This document shows, piece after piece, positions 36,583 to 49,837 of a DNA stretch of 64,000 nt; the stretch's first letter is position 1, and each line of letters opens with the position of its first letter. Origin of the DNA: Neoechinorhynchus agilis (taxonomy: Eukaryota; Animalia; Acanthocephala); contig CM121343.1 in NCBI GenBank assembly GCA_051530055.1, positions 4,682,389-4,746,388 of the forward strand, read 5' to 3'. The notes beneath the pieces were generated by a model. The model did no database searches, was not told the origin of the DNA, and saw nothing but the letters and a program-made list of their open reading frames with translations. The position numbers were made by a program, and so were the translations under genes.

Positions 36583-37478
36583 ATGTGTGTTTCTATGGAA
36601 ACAGGAGACCTAAAGCATAACTATGGTGAGTTAAATTGATTTTATAAAAGCTTATTTAATAAGTTAATTGCAAGTGGATCCAATCATGATTCAAACTAAG
36701 GAGGTGATTGAAACATATGAATCGCGATTGTGCGCGATCTGTCAAGAGGACCGGCCAATTTGCGTGACGTTAGTCAGTTCCAAGTGCAGACACGTTGGTT
36801 GCGGTCCATGTCTAATCAAATGGATTTGCCAAAATAGTTTGGGCATTCTCGCAACAACATGTCCATTGTGTAGAGCGAGGTTATTTGAAGATTGCAATTG
36901 CCTACTTGTCTATTTTGATGGCTCAACGATAGATGGCATGTCCGTTGAAGTTTTTAGATTGATTAGGAAAACAATTAAATCACAAGATAATTCTAGAAAA
37001 GTCCTTCTCGTCAAAAGAGCTCTTTATGTTAGATCTATCTATGTTTCTAGGATCGAAGATCCAAATAATCCATCCAGAGGAAGCCGCCAGAGGTCGCGGT
37101 CACTGACTCCGAATTCCTTTAGTAGGGAACTCTTACATTCTTGAGTATCTCAAGCAAGATTTCCTTGATAGAAACAGTAGGCACCTTTTTGATAAGCTTA
37201 ATCAGTTTCTGGCATTCGAACTGCCAGTATTACGATGTCCACGCAGTGCTGCGTTACCGATCGCACTTCGTGCGCGACGCTGTGGGTTGGAATCCGATGA
37301 GGTAAGAGAATCTATTATTCAAGTCGTGGGAATAGAGTTTGCCGATAAATTTATCCACGAAGCAAGCATGTTCTGCAAAATCTACCCTGGAATCACATAC
37401 GCCCAACGATACTCCTGTTATAACGAATTAACACTTATAGAATTGTGTAAGAAACCTGAAATTGTAGCTTTACTGTAA
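36583..37478 (+). CDS. TOPORS-like RING (C3HC4) E3 ligase, compact; the two halves lie in different frames
   Basis: Exon 36583-36625, 49-bp intron, then CAICQEDRPICVTLVSSKCRHVGCGPCLIKW...CPLC and KRALYVRSIYVSRIED (cf. TOPORS RRTLYRAGARVRNIED). A +1 frame open 37106-37478 encodes DFLDRNSRHLFDKLNQFLAFELPVL...GLESDEV...DKFIHEASMF (cf. EFFRRNPACLHRLVPWLKRELTVL...DLES...EHFIHEF). AATAAA at 37480. Confidence 0.72.
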
Positions 37479-37557
37479 AAATAAACTTTAGCGCTTGTTT
37501 GATAACGTTTTATTTATCCTTGAGTTTATAGTCAGTTTCGAGTGAGAGTGCTACGGT

Positions 37558-37884
37558 GATGACGTCATCAAAAATTTCGATGACGTCATCAAAAATTTCG
37601 ATGACGTCATCAAAAATTTCGATGATGTCATCAAAAATCTCGATGACGTCATCAAAAATCTCGATGACGTCATCAAAAATCACGATGACGTCATCAATAA
37701 TCTCGATGACGTCATCAAAAATCTCGATGACGTCATCAAAAATTTCGATGACGTCATCAAAATTTTCGATGACGTCATCAAAAATTTCGATGACGTCATC
37801 AAACATCTCGATGACGTCATCAAAAATCTCGATGACGTCATCAAAAATTTCGATGACGTCATCAAACATCTCGATGACGTCATC
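37558..37884 (+). repeat. Satellite block 1, A-tract orientation, ~16 units (AAAAATTTC/AAAAATCTC spacers)
   Basis: Units read GATGACGTCATCAAAAATTTC or GATGACGTCATCAAAAATCTC. Confidence 0.95.
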
Positions 37885-40800
37885 ACTAAAATTTTTGATG
37901 AAGACACTTAGATTTTTGATGACGTCACAAAAATTTTTGATAACGTCACTCAAATTTTTCATGACGCTACGAAATTTTTATGACGTCACCGAAATTTTTG
38001 GTGACGTCATCGAGAATTTTGATGACGTCATCGAGATTTTTGATGACTTCATCGAGATTTTTGATGACGTCATCGAGATTTTTGATGACTCATCGAGATT
38101 TTTGATGACGTCATCGAGATTTTTGGTGACGTCATCGAAATTTTTGATGACGTCATCGAGATTTTGGATGACGTCATTGAGATTTTTGATGACGTCATCG
38201 AAATTTTTGATGACGTCATCGAGATTTTGGATGACGTCATCGAAATTTTGCGATGACGACATCGAAATTTTTGATGACGTCATCGCAATGTTTGATGACA
38301 TCATCGAAATTTTTGATGACGTCATCGAGATTTTATATGACGTCATCCAAATTTTTGATGACGTCATCGAAAATTTTGATGACGTCATCGAGATTTATGA
38401 TGACGTCATCGAAAATTTTGATGACGTCATCGAGATTTATGATGACGCCATCGAGATTTTTGATGACGTCATCGAGATTTTGGTAGACGTCATCGAGATT
38501 TTTGTTGACGTCATCGAAATTTTTGATGACGTCATCGAGATTTTTGATGACGTCATCGAAATTTTTGATGACGTCATGGAGATTTTTGATGACTTCATCG
38601 AGATTTTTGATGACGTCATCGATATTTTTGGTGACGTCATCGAAATTTTTGATGACGCCATCGAAATTTTTGATGACGTCATCGAGATTTTTGTTGACGT
38701 CATCGAAATTTTTGATGACGTCATCGAGAATTTTGATGACGCCATCGAGATTTTTGATGGCGTCATCGAGATTTTTGATGACTTCATCGAGATTTTTGAT
38801 GACGTCATCGAGATTTTTGGTGACGTCATCGAGAATTTTGATGACGCCATCGAGATTTTTGATGGCGTCATCGAGATTTTTGATTACTTCATCGAGATTT
38901 TTGATGACGTCATCGAGATTTTTTGTGACGCCATCGAAATTTTTATTACGTCATCGAGATTTTACATGACGTCATCGAGATTTTTGATGACGTCATCGAG
39001 ATTTTTGATGGCTTCATCGAGATTTTTGATGACGTCATCGAGATTTTTGGTGACGCCATCGAAATTTTTTTTACGTCATCGAGATTTTACATGACGTCAT
39101 CGAGATTTTTGATGACGTCATCGAGATTTTTGATGACATAATCGAGATTTTTGATGACGTTATCGAGATTTATGATGACGTCATCGAGATGTTTGATGAC
39201 GTCATCGAAATTTTTGATGACGTCATCGAGATTTTTTATGACGTCATCGAAATTTTTGATGACGTCATCGAAATTTTTGATGACATCATCGAGATTTTTG
39301 ATGACGTCATCGAGAATTTTGATTACGTCATCGAGATGTTTGATGACGTCATCGAGATTTTTTATGACGTCATCGAGAATTTTGATGACGTCATCGAAAT
39401 TTTTGATGACGTCATCGAAATTTTTGATGACGTCATCGAAATTTTTGATGACGTCATCGAGATTTTTGATGACGTCATCGAGATTTTGGATGACGTCATC
39501 GTTATTTTGGATGACGTCATCGAGATTTTTGATGACATCATCGAAATTTTTGATGACGCCATCGAGTTTTTGGATGACGTCATCGAAATTTTTGAAGACG
39601 TCATCGCAATTTTTGATGACGTCATCGAAATTTTTGATGACGTCATCGAGATTTTATATGACGTCATCTAAATTTTTGATGACGTCATCAAAATTTTTTA
39701 TGAAGTCATCGAGATTTTTGGTGACGTCATCGAGATTTTTGATGACGTCATCGCGATTTTATATGACGTCATCGCCATTTTTGATGACGTCATCGCCATT
39801 TTTGATGACGTCATCGCGATTTTTGATGACGTCATCGCCATTTTTGATGACGTCATCGCTATGGCGTCATCGCGATTTTTGATGACGTCATCGCCATTTT
39901 TGATGACGTTATAGCCATTTTTGATGACGTCATCGCGATTTTTGATAACGTCATCGCCATTTTTGATGACGCCATCGCCATGACGTCATCGCGATTTTTG
40001 ATGACGTCATCGCCATTTTTGATGACGTCGTCGCGATTTTTGATGACGTCATCGCCATTTTTGATGACGTCATCGCGATTTTTGATGACGTCATCGCCAT
40101 TTTTGATGACGTCATCGCCATGACGTCATCGCGATTTTTGATGACGTCATCGCCATTTTTGATGACGTCATCGCGATTTTTGATGACGTCATCGCCATTT
40201 TTGATGACGTCATCGCGATTTTTGATGACGTCATCGCCATTTTTGATGACGTCATCGCCATGACGTCATCGCGATTTTTGATGACGTCATCGCCATTTTT
40301 GATGACGTCATCGCCATGACGTCATCGCGATTTTTGATGACGTCATCGCCATTTTTGATGACGTCATCGCCATGACGTCATCGCCATGACGTCATCGCCA
40401 TTTTTGATGACGTCATCGCCATGACGTCATCGCGATTTTTGATGACGTCATCGCCATTTTTGATGACGTCATCGCCATTTTTGATGACGTCATCGCCATT
40501 TTTGATGACGTCATCGCCATTTTTAATGACGTCATCGCCATTTTTGATGACGTCATCGCCATGACGTCATCGCGATTTTTGATGACGTCATCGCCATTTT
40601 TGATGACGTCATCGCGATTTTTGATGACGTCATCGCGATTTTTGATGACGTCATCGCCATTTTTGATGACGTCATCGCCATGACGTCATCGCGATTTTTG
40701 ATGACGTCATCGCCATTTTTGATGACGTCATCGCGATTTTTGATGACGTCATCGCGATTTTTGATGACGTCATCGCCATTTTTGATGACGTCATCGCCAT

Positions 40801-43800
40801 GACGTCATCGCGATTTTTGATGACGTCATCGCCATTTTTGATGATGTCATCGCGATTTTTGATGACGTCATCGCCATTTTGGATGACGTCATCGCCATGA
40901 CGTCATCGCGATTTTTGATGACGTCATCGCGATTTTTGACGTAGTCATCGCCATGACGTCATCGCAGATGACGTCATCGCGATTTTTGATGACGTCATCG
41001 CCATTTTTGATGACGTCATCGCCATTTTTGATGACGTCATCGCAATGACGTCATCGCAATTTTTGATGACGTCATCGCCATTTTTGATGACGTCATCGCC
41101 ATGACGTCATCGCCATTTTCGATGACGTCGTCGCTATGACGTCATCGCGCATTTTGATGACGTCATCGCGATTTTTGATGACGTCATCGCCATGACGTCA
41201 TCGCCATTTTTGATGACGTCATCGCCATGACGTCATCGCGATTTTTTGATGACGTCATCGCAATGACGTATTTGTCTTTTTTGGTGACGTCATCGCCATT
41301 TTGTATGTCGTAATCGTCATGACGTCATCGCGATTTTTGATGACGTCATCGCCATTTTTGATGACGTCATCGCCATGGCGTTATCGCGATTTTTGATGAC
41401 GTCATCGCCATGACGTCATCGCCATTTTTGATGATGTCATCGCCATTTTTGATGACGCCATCGCCATTTTGGATGACGTCATCGCAATGACGTCATCGCC
41501 ATTTTTGATGACGTCATCGCGATTTTTGATGACGTCATCGCGATTTTTGACGTAGTCATCGCCATTTTATATGACGTCATCGCCATTACGTCATCGCGAT
41601 TTTTGATGACGTCATCGCGATTTTTGATGACGTCATCGCCATTTTTGATGACGTCATCGAAACCACAAACCACAAACCCATGACGTCATCATGACGTCAT
41701 CGGATGACGTCATCGCCATTTTTGATGACGTCATCGCCATTTTTGATGACGTCATCGCCATTTTTGATGACGTCATCGCCATGACGTCATCGCCATTTTC
41801 GATGACGTCGTCGCTATGACGTCATCGCGCATTTTGATGACGTCATCGCCATTTTTGATGACGTCATCGCCATGACGTCATCGCCTTTTTGGATGACGTC
41901 ATCGCCATGACGTAATCGCGATTTTTGATGACGTCATCGCCATTTTTGATTACGTCATCGCCATGACGTCATCGCGATTTTTGATGACGTCATCGCCATT
42001 TTTGATGACGTCATCGCCATGACGTCATCGCCATTTTTGATGACGTCATCGCGATTTTTGATGACGTCATCGCGATTTTTGATGACGTCATCGCCATTTT
42101 TGATGACGTCATCGCCATGACGTCATCGCGATTTTTGGTGACGTCATCGCCATTTTTGATGACGTCATCGCCATGACGTCATCGCGATTTTTGATGACGT
42201 CATCGTCATTTTTGATGACGTCATCGCCATGCCGTCATCGCCATTTTTGATAACGTCATCGCCATGACGTCATCGCATTTTTTTGATGACGTCATCGCGA
42301 TTTTTGATGACGTCATCGCCATGTTTGATGACGTCATCGCCATGTCGTCATCGCGATTTTCGATGACGTCATCGCCATTTTTTATAACGTCATCGCCATG
42401 TCGTCATCGCCATTTTTGATGACGCCATCGCCATGACGTCATCGCGATTTTTGATGACGTCATCGCCATTTTTGATGACGTCATCGCCATGACGTCATCG
42501 CGATTTTTGATGACGTCATCGCCATTTTTGATGACGTCATCGCGATTTTTGATGACGTTATCGCCATTTTTGATGACGTCATCGCCATGACGTCATCGCG
42601 ATTTTTTGATGACGTCATCGCCATTTTGTATGACTTCATCGCCATGACGTCATCGCCTTTTTTGGTGACGTCATCGCCTTTTTTGGTGACGTCATCGCCA
42701 TTTTTGATGTCGTAGTCGTCATGACGTCATCGCGATTTTTGATGACGTCATCGCCATTTTTGATGACGTCATCGCAATTTTTGATGACGTCATCGCAATT
42801 TGTGATGACGTCATCGCCATTTTGATGACGTCATCGCCATGAAGTCATCGCGATTTTTGATGACGTCATCGCCATGACGTCATCGCCATTTTTGATGATG
42901 TCATCGCGATTTTTTATGACGTCATCGCCATTTTGGATGACGTCATCGCCATTTTGGATGACGTCATCGCCATGACGTCATCGCCATTTTTGATGACGTC
43001 ATCGCCATTTTTGATGACGTCATCGCGATTTTTGATGACGTCATCGCCATGACGTCATCGCGATTTTTGATGACGTCATCGCCATTTTTGATGACGTCAT
43101 CGCCATGACGTCATCGCCATTTTCGATGACGTCGTCGCTATGACGTCATCGCGCATTTTGATGACGTCATCGTTATTTTTGATGACGTCATCGCCATGAC
43201 GCCATCGCTATTTTTGATGACGTCATCGCCATTTTTGATGACGTCATCGCCATTTTTTATGACGTCATCGCCATTTTTGATTACGTCATCGCCATTTTTG
43301 ATGACGTCATCGCAATGACGTCATCGCGATTTTTGATGACGTCATCGTCATTTTTGATGACGTCATCGCCATGACGTCATCGCATTTTTGATGACGTCAT
43401 CGCCATTATTGATGACGTCATCGCCATTTTTGATGACGTCATCGCCATGTTTGATGACGTCATCGCCATGACGTCATCGCGATTTTTGATGACGTCATCG
43501 CCATTTTTGATTACGTCATCGCCATGACGTCATCGCGATTTTTGATGACGTCATCGCGATTTTTGATGACGTCATCGCGATTTTTGATGACGTCATCGCC
43601 ATGTTTTATGACGTCATCGCAATTTTTGATAACGTCATCGCCATTTTTGATGACGTCATCGCCATGACGTCATCGCCATTTTTGATGACGTCATCGCGAT
43701 TTTTGATGACGTCATCGCGATTTTTGATGACGTCATCGCAATTTTTGATGACGTCATCGCGTATTTTGATGGCGTCATCGCAATTTTTGATGACGTCATC

Positions 43801-46800
43801 GCCATTTTTGATGACGTCATCGCCATGACGTCATCGCCATTTTTGATGACGTCATCGCCATGACGTAATCGCGATTTTTGATGACGTCATCGCCATTTTT
43901 GATGATGTCATCGCCATGTTATATGACGTCATCGCCATGACGTCATCGCCATTTTTGATGACGTCATCGCCGTGACGTCATCGCGATTTTTGATTACGTC
44001 ATCGCCGTGACGTCATCGCCATTACGTCATCGCGATTTTTGATTACGTCATCGTCATTTTTGATGACGTCATCGCCATGACGTCATCGCCATGACGTCAT
44101 CGCCATTTTTGATGACGTCATCGCCATGTTTGATGACGTCATCGACATGACGTCATCGCGATTTTTGATGACGTCATCGCCATTTTTGATGACGTCATCG
44201 CCATTTTTGATGACGTCATCGCCATGTTTGATGACGTCATCGCCATGACGTCATCGCGATTTTTGATGACGTCATCGCCATTTTTGATGACGTCATCGCC
44301 ATGACGTCATCGCCATTTTTGATGACGTTATCGCGATTTTTGGTGACGTCATCGCCATTTTTGATGACGTCATCGCCATGACGTCATCGCGATTTTTAAT
44401 GACGTCATCGCCATTTTTGATGACGTCATCGCCATGACGTCATCGCCTTTTTTGGTGACGTCATTGCCATTTTTGATGTCGTCATCGTCATGACGTCATC
44501 GCGATTTTTGATGACGTCAACGCCATTTTTGATGACGTCATCGCCATTTTATATGACGTCATCGCCATGACGTCATCGCGATTTTTGATCACGTCATCGC
44601 CATGACGTCATCGCCATTTTTGATGATGTCATCGCGATTTTTGATGACGTCATCGCCATGACGTCATCACCATTTTTGATGACGTCATCGCCATGACGTC
44701 ATCGCCATTTTTGATGACGTCATCGCGATTTTTGATGACGTCATCGCCATTTTTGATGACGTCATCGCCATGACGTCATCGCCATTTTTGATGACGTCAT
44801 CGCCATTTTTGATGACGTCATCGCGATTTTTGTGACGTCATCGCCATTTTTGATGACGTCATCGCCATTTTTGATGACGTCATCGCGATTTTTGATGACG
44901 TCATCGCCATTTTTGATGACGTCATCGCCATGACGTCATCGCGATTTTTGATGACGTCATCGCCATTTTTGATGACGTCATCGCATTTTTGATGACGTCA
45001 TCGCCATTTTTGATGACGTCATCGCCATTTTTGATGACGTCATCGCCATGACGTCATCGCATTTTTGATGACGTCATCGCCATTTTTGATGACGTCATCG
45101 CCATGACGTCATCGCGATTTTTGATGATGTCATCGTCATTTTTGATGACGTCATCGCCATGACGTCATCGCCATGACGTCATCGCCATTTTTGATGACGT
45201 CATCGCCATTTTAATCATCGCGATTTTTGATGACGTCATCGCCATTTTTGATGACGTCATCGCCATTTTTGATGACGTCATCGCCATTTTTGATGACGTC
45301 ATCGCATTTTTAATGACGTCATCGCCATTTTGATGACGTCATCGCCATGACGTCATCGCGATTTTTGATGACGTCATCGCCATCTGATGACGTCTCCGCA
45401 TTTTGACGACGTCATCGCGATTTTTGATGACGTCATCGCCATTTTTGATGACGTCATCGCCATGACGTCATCGCGATTTTTGATGACGTCATCGCCATTT
45501 TTGATGACGTCATCGCCATTTTTGATGACGTCATCGCCATTTTTGATGACGTCATCGCCATGACGTCATCGCGATTTTTGATGACGTCATCGCGATTTTT
45601 GACGTAGTCATCGCCATTTTTGATGACGTCATCGCCATGACGTCATCGCGATTTTTGATGACGTCATCGCCATTTTTGATGACGTCATCGCCATTTTTGA
45701 TGACGTCATCGCAATGACCACATCGCAATTTTTGATGACGTCATCGCCATTTTTGATGACGTCATCGCCATGACGTCATCGCCATTTTCGATGACGTCGT
45801 CGCTATGACGTCATCGCGCATTTTGATGACGTCATCGCGATTTTTGATGACGTCATCGCCATGACGTCATCGCCATTTTTGATGACGTCATCGCCATGAC
45901 GTCATCGCGATTTTTTGATGACGTCATCGCAATGACGTATTTGTCTTTTTTGGTGACGTCATCGCCATTTTGTATGTCGTAATCGTCATGACGTCATCGC
46001 GATTTTTGATGACGTCATCGCCATTTTTGATGACGTCATCGCCATGACGTTATCGCGATTTTTGATGACGTCATCGCCATGACGTCATCGCCATTTTTGA
46101 TGATGTCATCGCCATTTTTGATGACGCCATCGCCATTTTGGATGACGTCATCGCAATGACGTCATCGCCATTTTTGATGACGTCATCGCGATTTTTGATG
46201 ACGTCATCGCGATTTTTGACGTAGTCATCGCCATTTTATATGACGTCATCGCCATTACGTCATCGCGATTTTTGATGACGTCATCGCGATTTTTGATGAC
46301 GTCATCGCCATTTTTGATGACGTCATCGCCATTTTTGATGACGTCATCGCCATTTTTGATGACGTCATCGCCATTATGACGTCACTGACGTCATCGCCAT
46401 TTTCGATGACGTCGTCGCTATGACGTCATCGCGCATTTTGATGACGTCATCGCCATTTTTGATGACGTCATCGCCATGACGTCATCGCCTTTTGATGACG
46501 TCATCGCCATGACGTAATCGCGATTTTTGATGACGTCATCGCCATTTTTGATTACGTCATCGCACATGTTTTTCAACGTCATCGCCATTTTTGATGACGT
46601 CATCGCGATTTTTGATGACGTCATCGCGATTTTTGATGACGTCATCGCCATTTTTGATGACGTCATCGCCATGACGTCATCGCGATTTTTGGTGACGTCA
46701 TCGCCATTTTTGATTACGTCATCGCCATGACGTCATCGCGATTTTTGATGACGTCATCGCCATGACGTCATCGCGATTTTTGATGACGTCATCGTCATTT

Positions 46801-49800
46801 TTGATGACGTCATCGCCATGCCGTCATCGCCATTTTTGATAACGTCATCGCCATGACGTCATCGCATTTTTTTGATGACGTCATCGCGATTTTTGATGAC
46901 GTCATCGCCATGTTTGATGACGTCATCGCCATGTCGTCATCGCGATTTTCGATGACGTCATCGCCATTTTTTATAACGTCATCGCCATGTCGTCATCGCC
47001 ATTTTTGATGACGCCATCGCCATGACGTCATCGCGATTTTTGATGACGTCATCGCCATTTTTGATGACGTCATCGCCATGACGTCATCGCGATTTTTGAT
47101 GACGTCATCGCCATTTTTGATGACGTCATCGCGATTTTTGATGACGTTATCGCCATTTTTGATGACGTCATCGCCATGACGTCATCGCGATTTTGATGAC
47201 GTCATCGCCATTTTGTATGACTTCATCGCCATGACGTCATCGCCTTTTTTGGTGACGTCATCGCCTTTTTTGATGACGTCATCGCCATTTTTGATGTCGT
47301 AGTGTCATGACGTCATCGCGATTTTTGATGACGTCATCGCCATTTTTGATGACGTCATCGCAATTTTTGATGACGTCATCGCGATTTTTGATGACGTCAT
47401 CGCCATGACGTCATCGCCATTTTTGATGATGTCATCGCGATTTTTTATGACGTCATCGCCATTTTGGATGACGTCATCGCCATTTTGGATGACGTCATCG
47501 CCATGACGTCATCGCCATTTTTGATGACGTCATCGCGATTTTTGATGACGTCATCGCCATGACGTCATCGCGATTTTTGATGACGTCATCGCCATTTTTG
47601 ATGACGTCATCGCCATGACGTCATCGCCATTTTCGATGACGTCGTCGCTATGACGTCATCGCGCATTTTGATGACGTCATCGTTATTTTTGATGACGTCA
47701 TCGCCATGACGCCATCGCTATTTTTGATGACGTCATCGCCATTTTTGATGACGTCATCGCCATTTTTTATGACGTCATCGCCATTTTTGATTACGTCATC
47801 GCCATGAGGTCATAGCGATTTTTGATGACGTCATCGCATTTACGTCATCGCGATTTTTGATGACGTCATCGTCATTTTTGATGACTTCATCGCCATGACG
47901 TCATCGCCATGACGTCATCGCCATGACGTCATCGCCATTTTTGATGACGTCATCGCCATGTTTGATGACGTCATCGCCATGACGTCATCGCGATTTTTGA
48001 TGACGTCATCGCCATTTTTGATTACGTCATCGCCATGACGTCATCGCGATTTTTGATGACGTCATCGCGATTTTTGATGACGTCATCGCGATTTTTGATG
48101 ACGTCATCGCCATGTTTTATGACGTCATCGCAATTTTTGATAACGTCATCGCCATTTTTGATGACGTCATCGCCATGACGTCATCGCCATTTTTGATGAC
48201 GTCATCGCGATTTTTGATGACGTCATCGCGATTTTTGATGACGTCATCGCAATTTTTGATGACGTCATCGCGTATTTTGATGGCGTCATCGCAATTTTTG
48301 ATGACGTCATCGCCATTTTTGATGACGTCATCGCCATGACGTCATCGCCATTTTTGATGACGTCATCGCCATGACGTAATCGCGATTTTTGATGACGTCA
48401 TCGCCATTTTTGATGATGTCATCGCCATGTTATATGACGTCATCGCCATGACGTCATCGCCATTTTTGATGACGTCATCGCCGTGACGTCATCGCGATTT
48501 TTGATTACGTCATCGCCGTGACGTCATCGCGATTTTTGATGACGTCATCGCCATTACGTCATCGCGATTTTTGATTACGTCATCGTCATTTTTGATGACG
48601 TCATCGCCATGACGTCATCGCCATGACGTCATCGCCATTTTTGATGACGTCATCGCCATGTTTGATGACGTCATCGACATGACGTCATCGCGATTTTTGA
48701 TGACGTCATCGCCATTTTTGATGACGTCATCGCCATTTTTGATGACGTCATCGCCATGTTTGATGACGTCAATTTTTGATGACGTCATCGCCATTTTTGA
48801 TGACGTCATCGCCATGACGTCATCGCCATTTTGATGACGTTATCGCGATTTTTGATGACGTCATCGCCATTTTTGATGACGTCATCGCCATGACGTCATC
48901 GCGATTTTTGATGACGTCATCGCCATTTTTGATGACGTCATCGCCATGACGTCATCGCCATTTTTGATGACGTCATTGCCATTTTTGATGTCGTCATCGT
49001 CATGACGTCATCGTTATTTATGATGACGTCATCATTTTTGATGACGTCATCGCCATTTTATATGACGTCATCGCCATGACGTCATCGCGATTTTTGATCA
49101 CGTCATCGCCATGACGTCATCGCCATTTTTGATGATGTCATCGCGATTTTTGATGACGTCATCGCCATGACGTCATCACCATTTTTGATGACGTCATCGC
49201 CATTTTTGATGACGTCATCGCAGATGACGTCATCGCCATTTTTGATGACGTCATCGCCATGACGTCATCGCCATTTTTGATGACGTCATCGCCGTGACGT
49301 CATCGCGATTTTTGATGACGTCATCGCCATTTTTGATGACGTCATCGCCATGTTTGATGACGTCATCGACATGACGTCATCGCGATTTTTGATGACGTCA
49401 TCGCCATTTTTGATGACGTCATCGCCATTTTTGATGACGTCATCGCCATGTTTGATGACGTCATCGCCATGACGTCATCGCGATTTTTGATGACGTCATC
49501 GCCATTTTTGATGACGTTATCGCGATTTTTGGTGACGTCATCGCCATTTTTGATGACGTCATCGCCATGACGTCATCGCGATTTTTGATGACGTCATCGC
49601 CATTTTTGATGACGTCATCGCCATGACGTCATCGCCTTTTCTGGTGACGTCATTGCCATTTTTGATGTCGTCATCGTCATGACGTCATCGCGATTTTTGA
49701 TGACGTCAACGCCATTTTTGATGACGTCATCGCCATTTTTTATAACGTCATCGCCATGTCGTCATCGCCATTTTTGATGACGCCATCGCCATGACGTCAT

Positions 49801-49837
49801 CGCGATTTTTGATGACGTCATCGCCATTTTTGATGAC
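37885..49837 (-). repeat. Satellite block 2, T-tract orientation
   Basis: GAGATTTTT/GAAATTTTT spacers to ~39740, then GCCATTTTT/GCGATTTTT mixed with 14-bp units. Confidence 0.95.
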
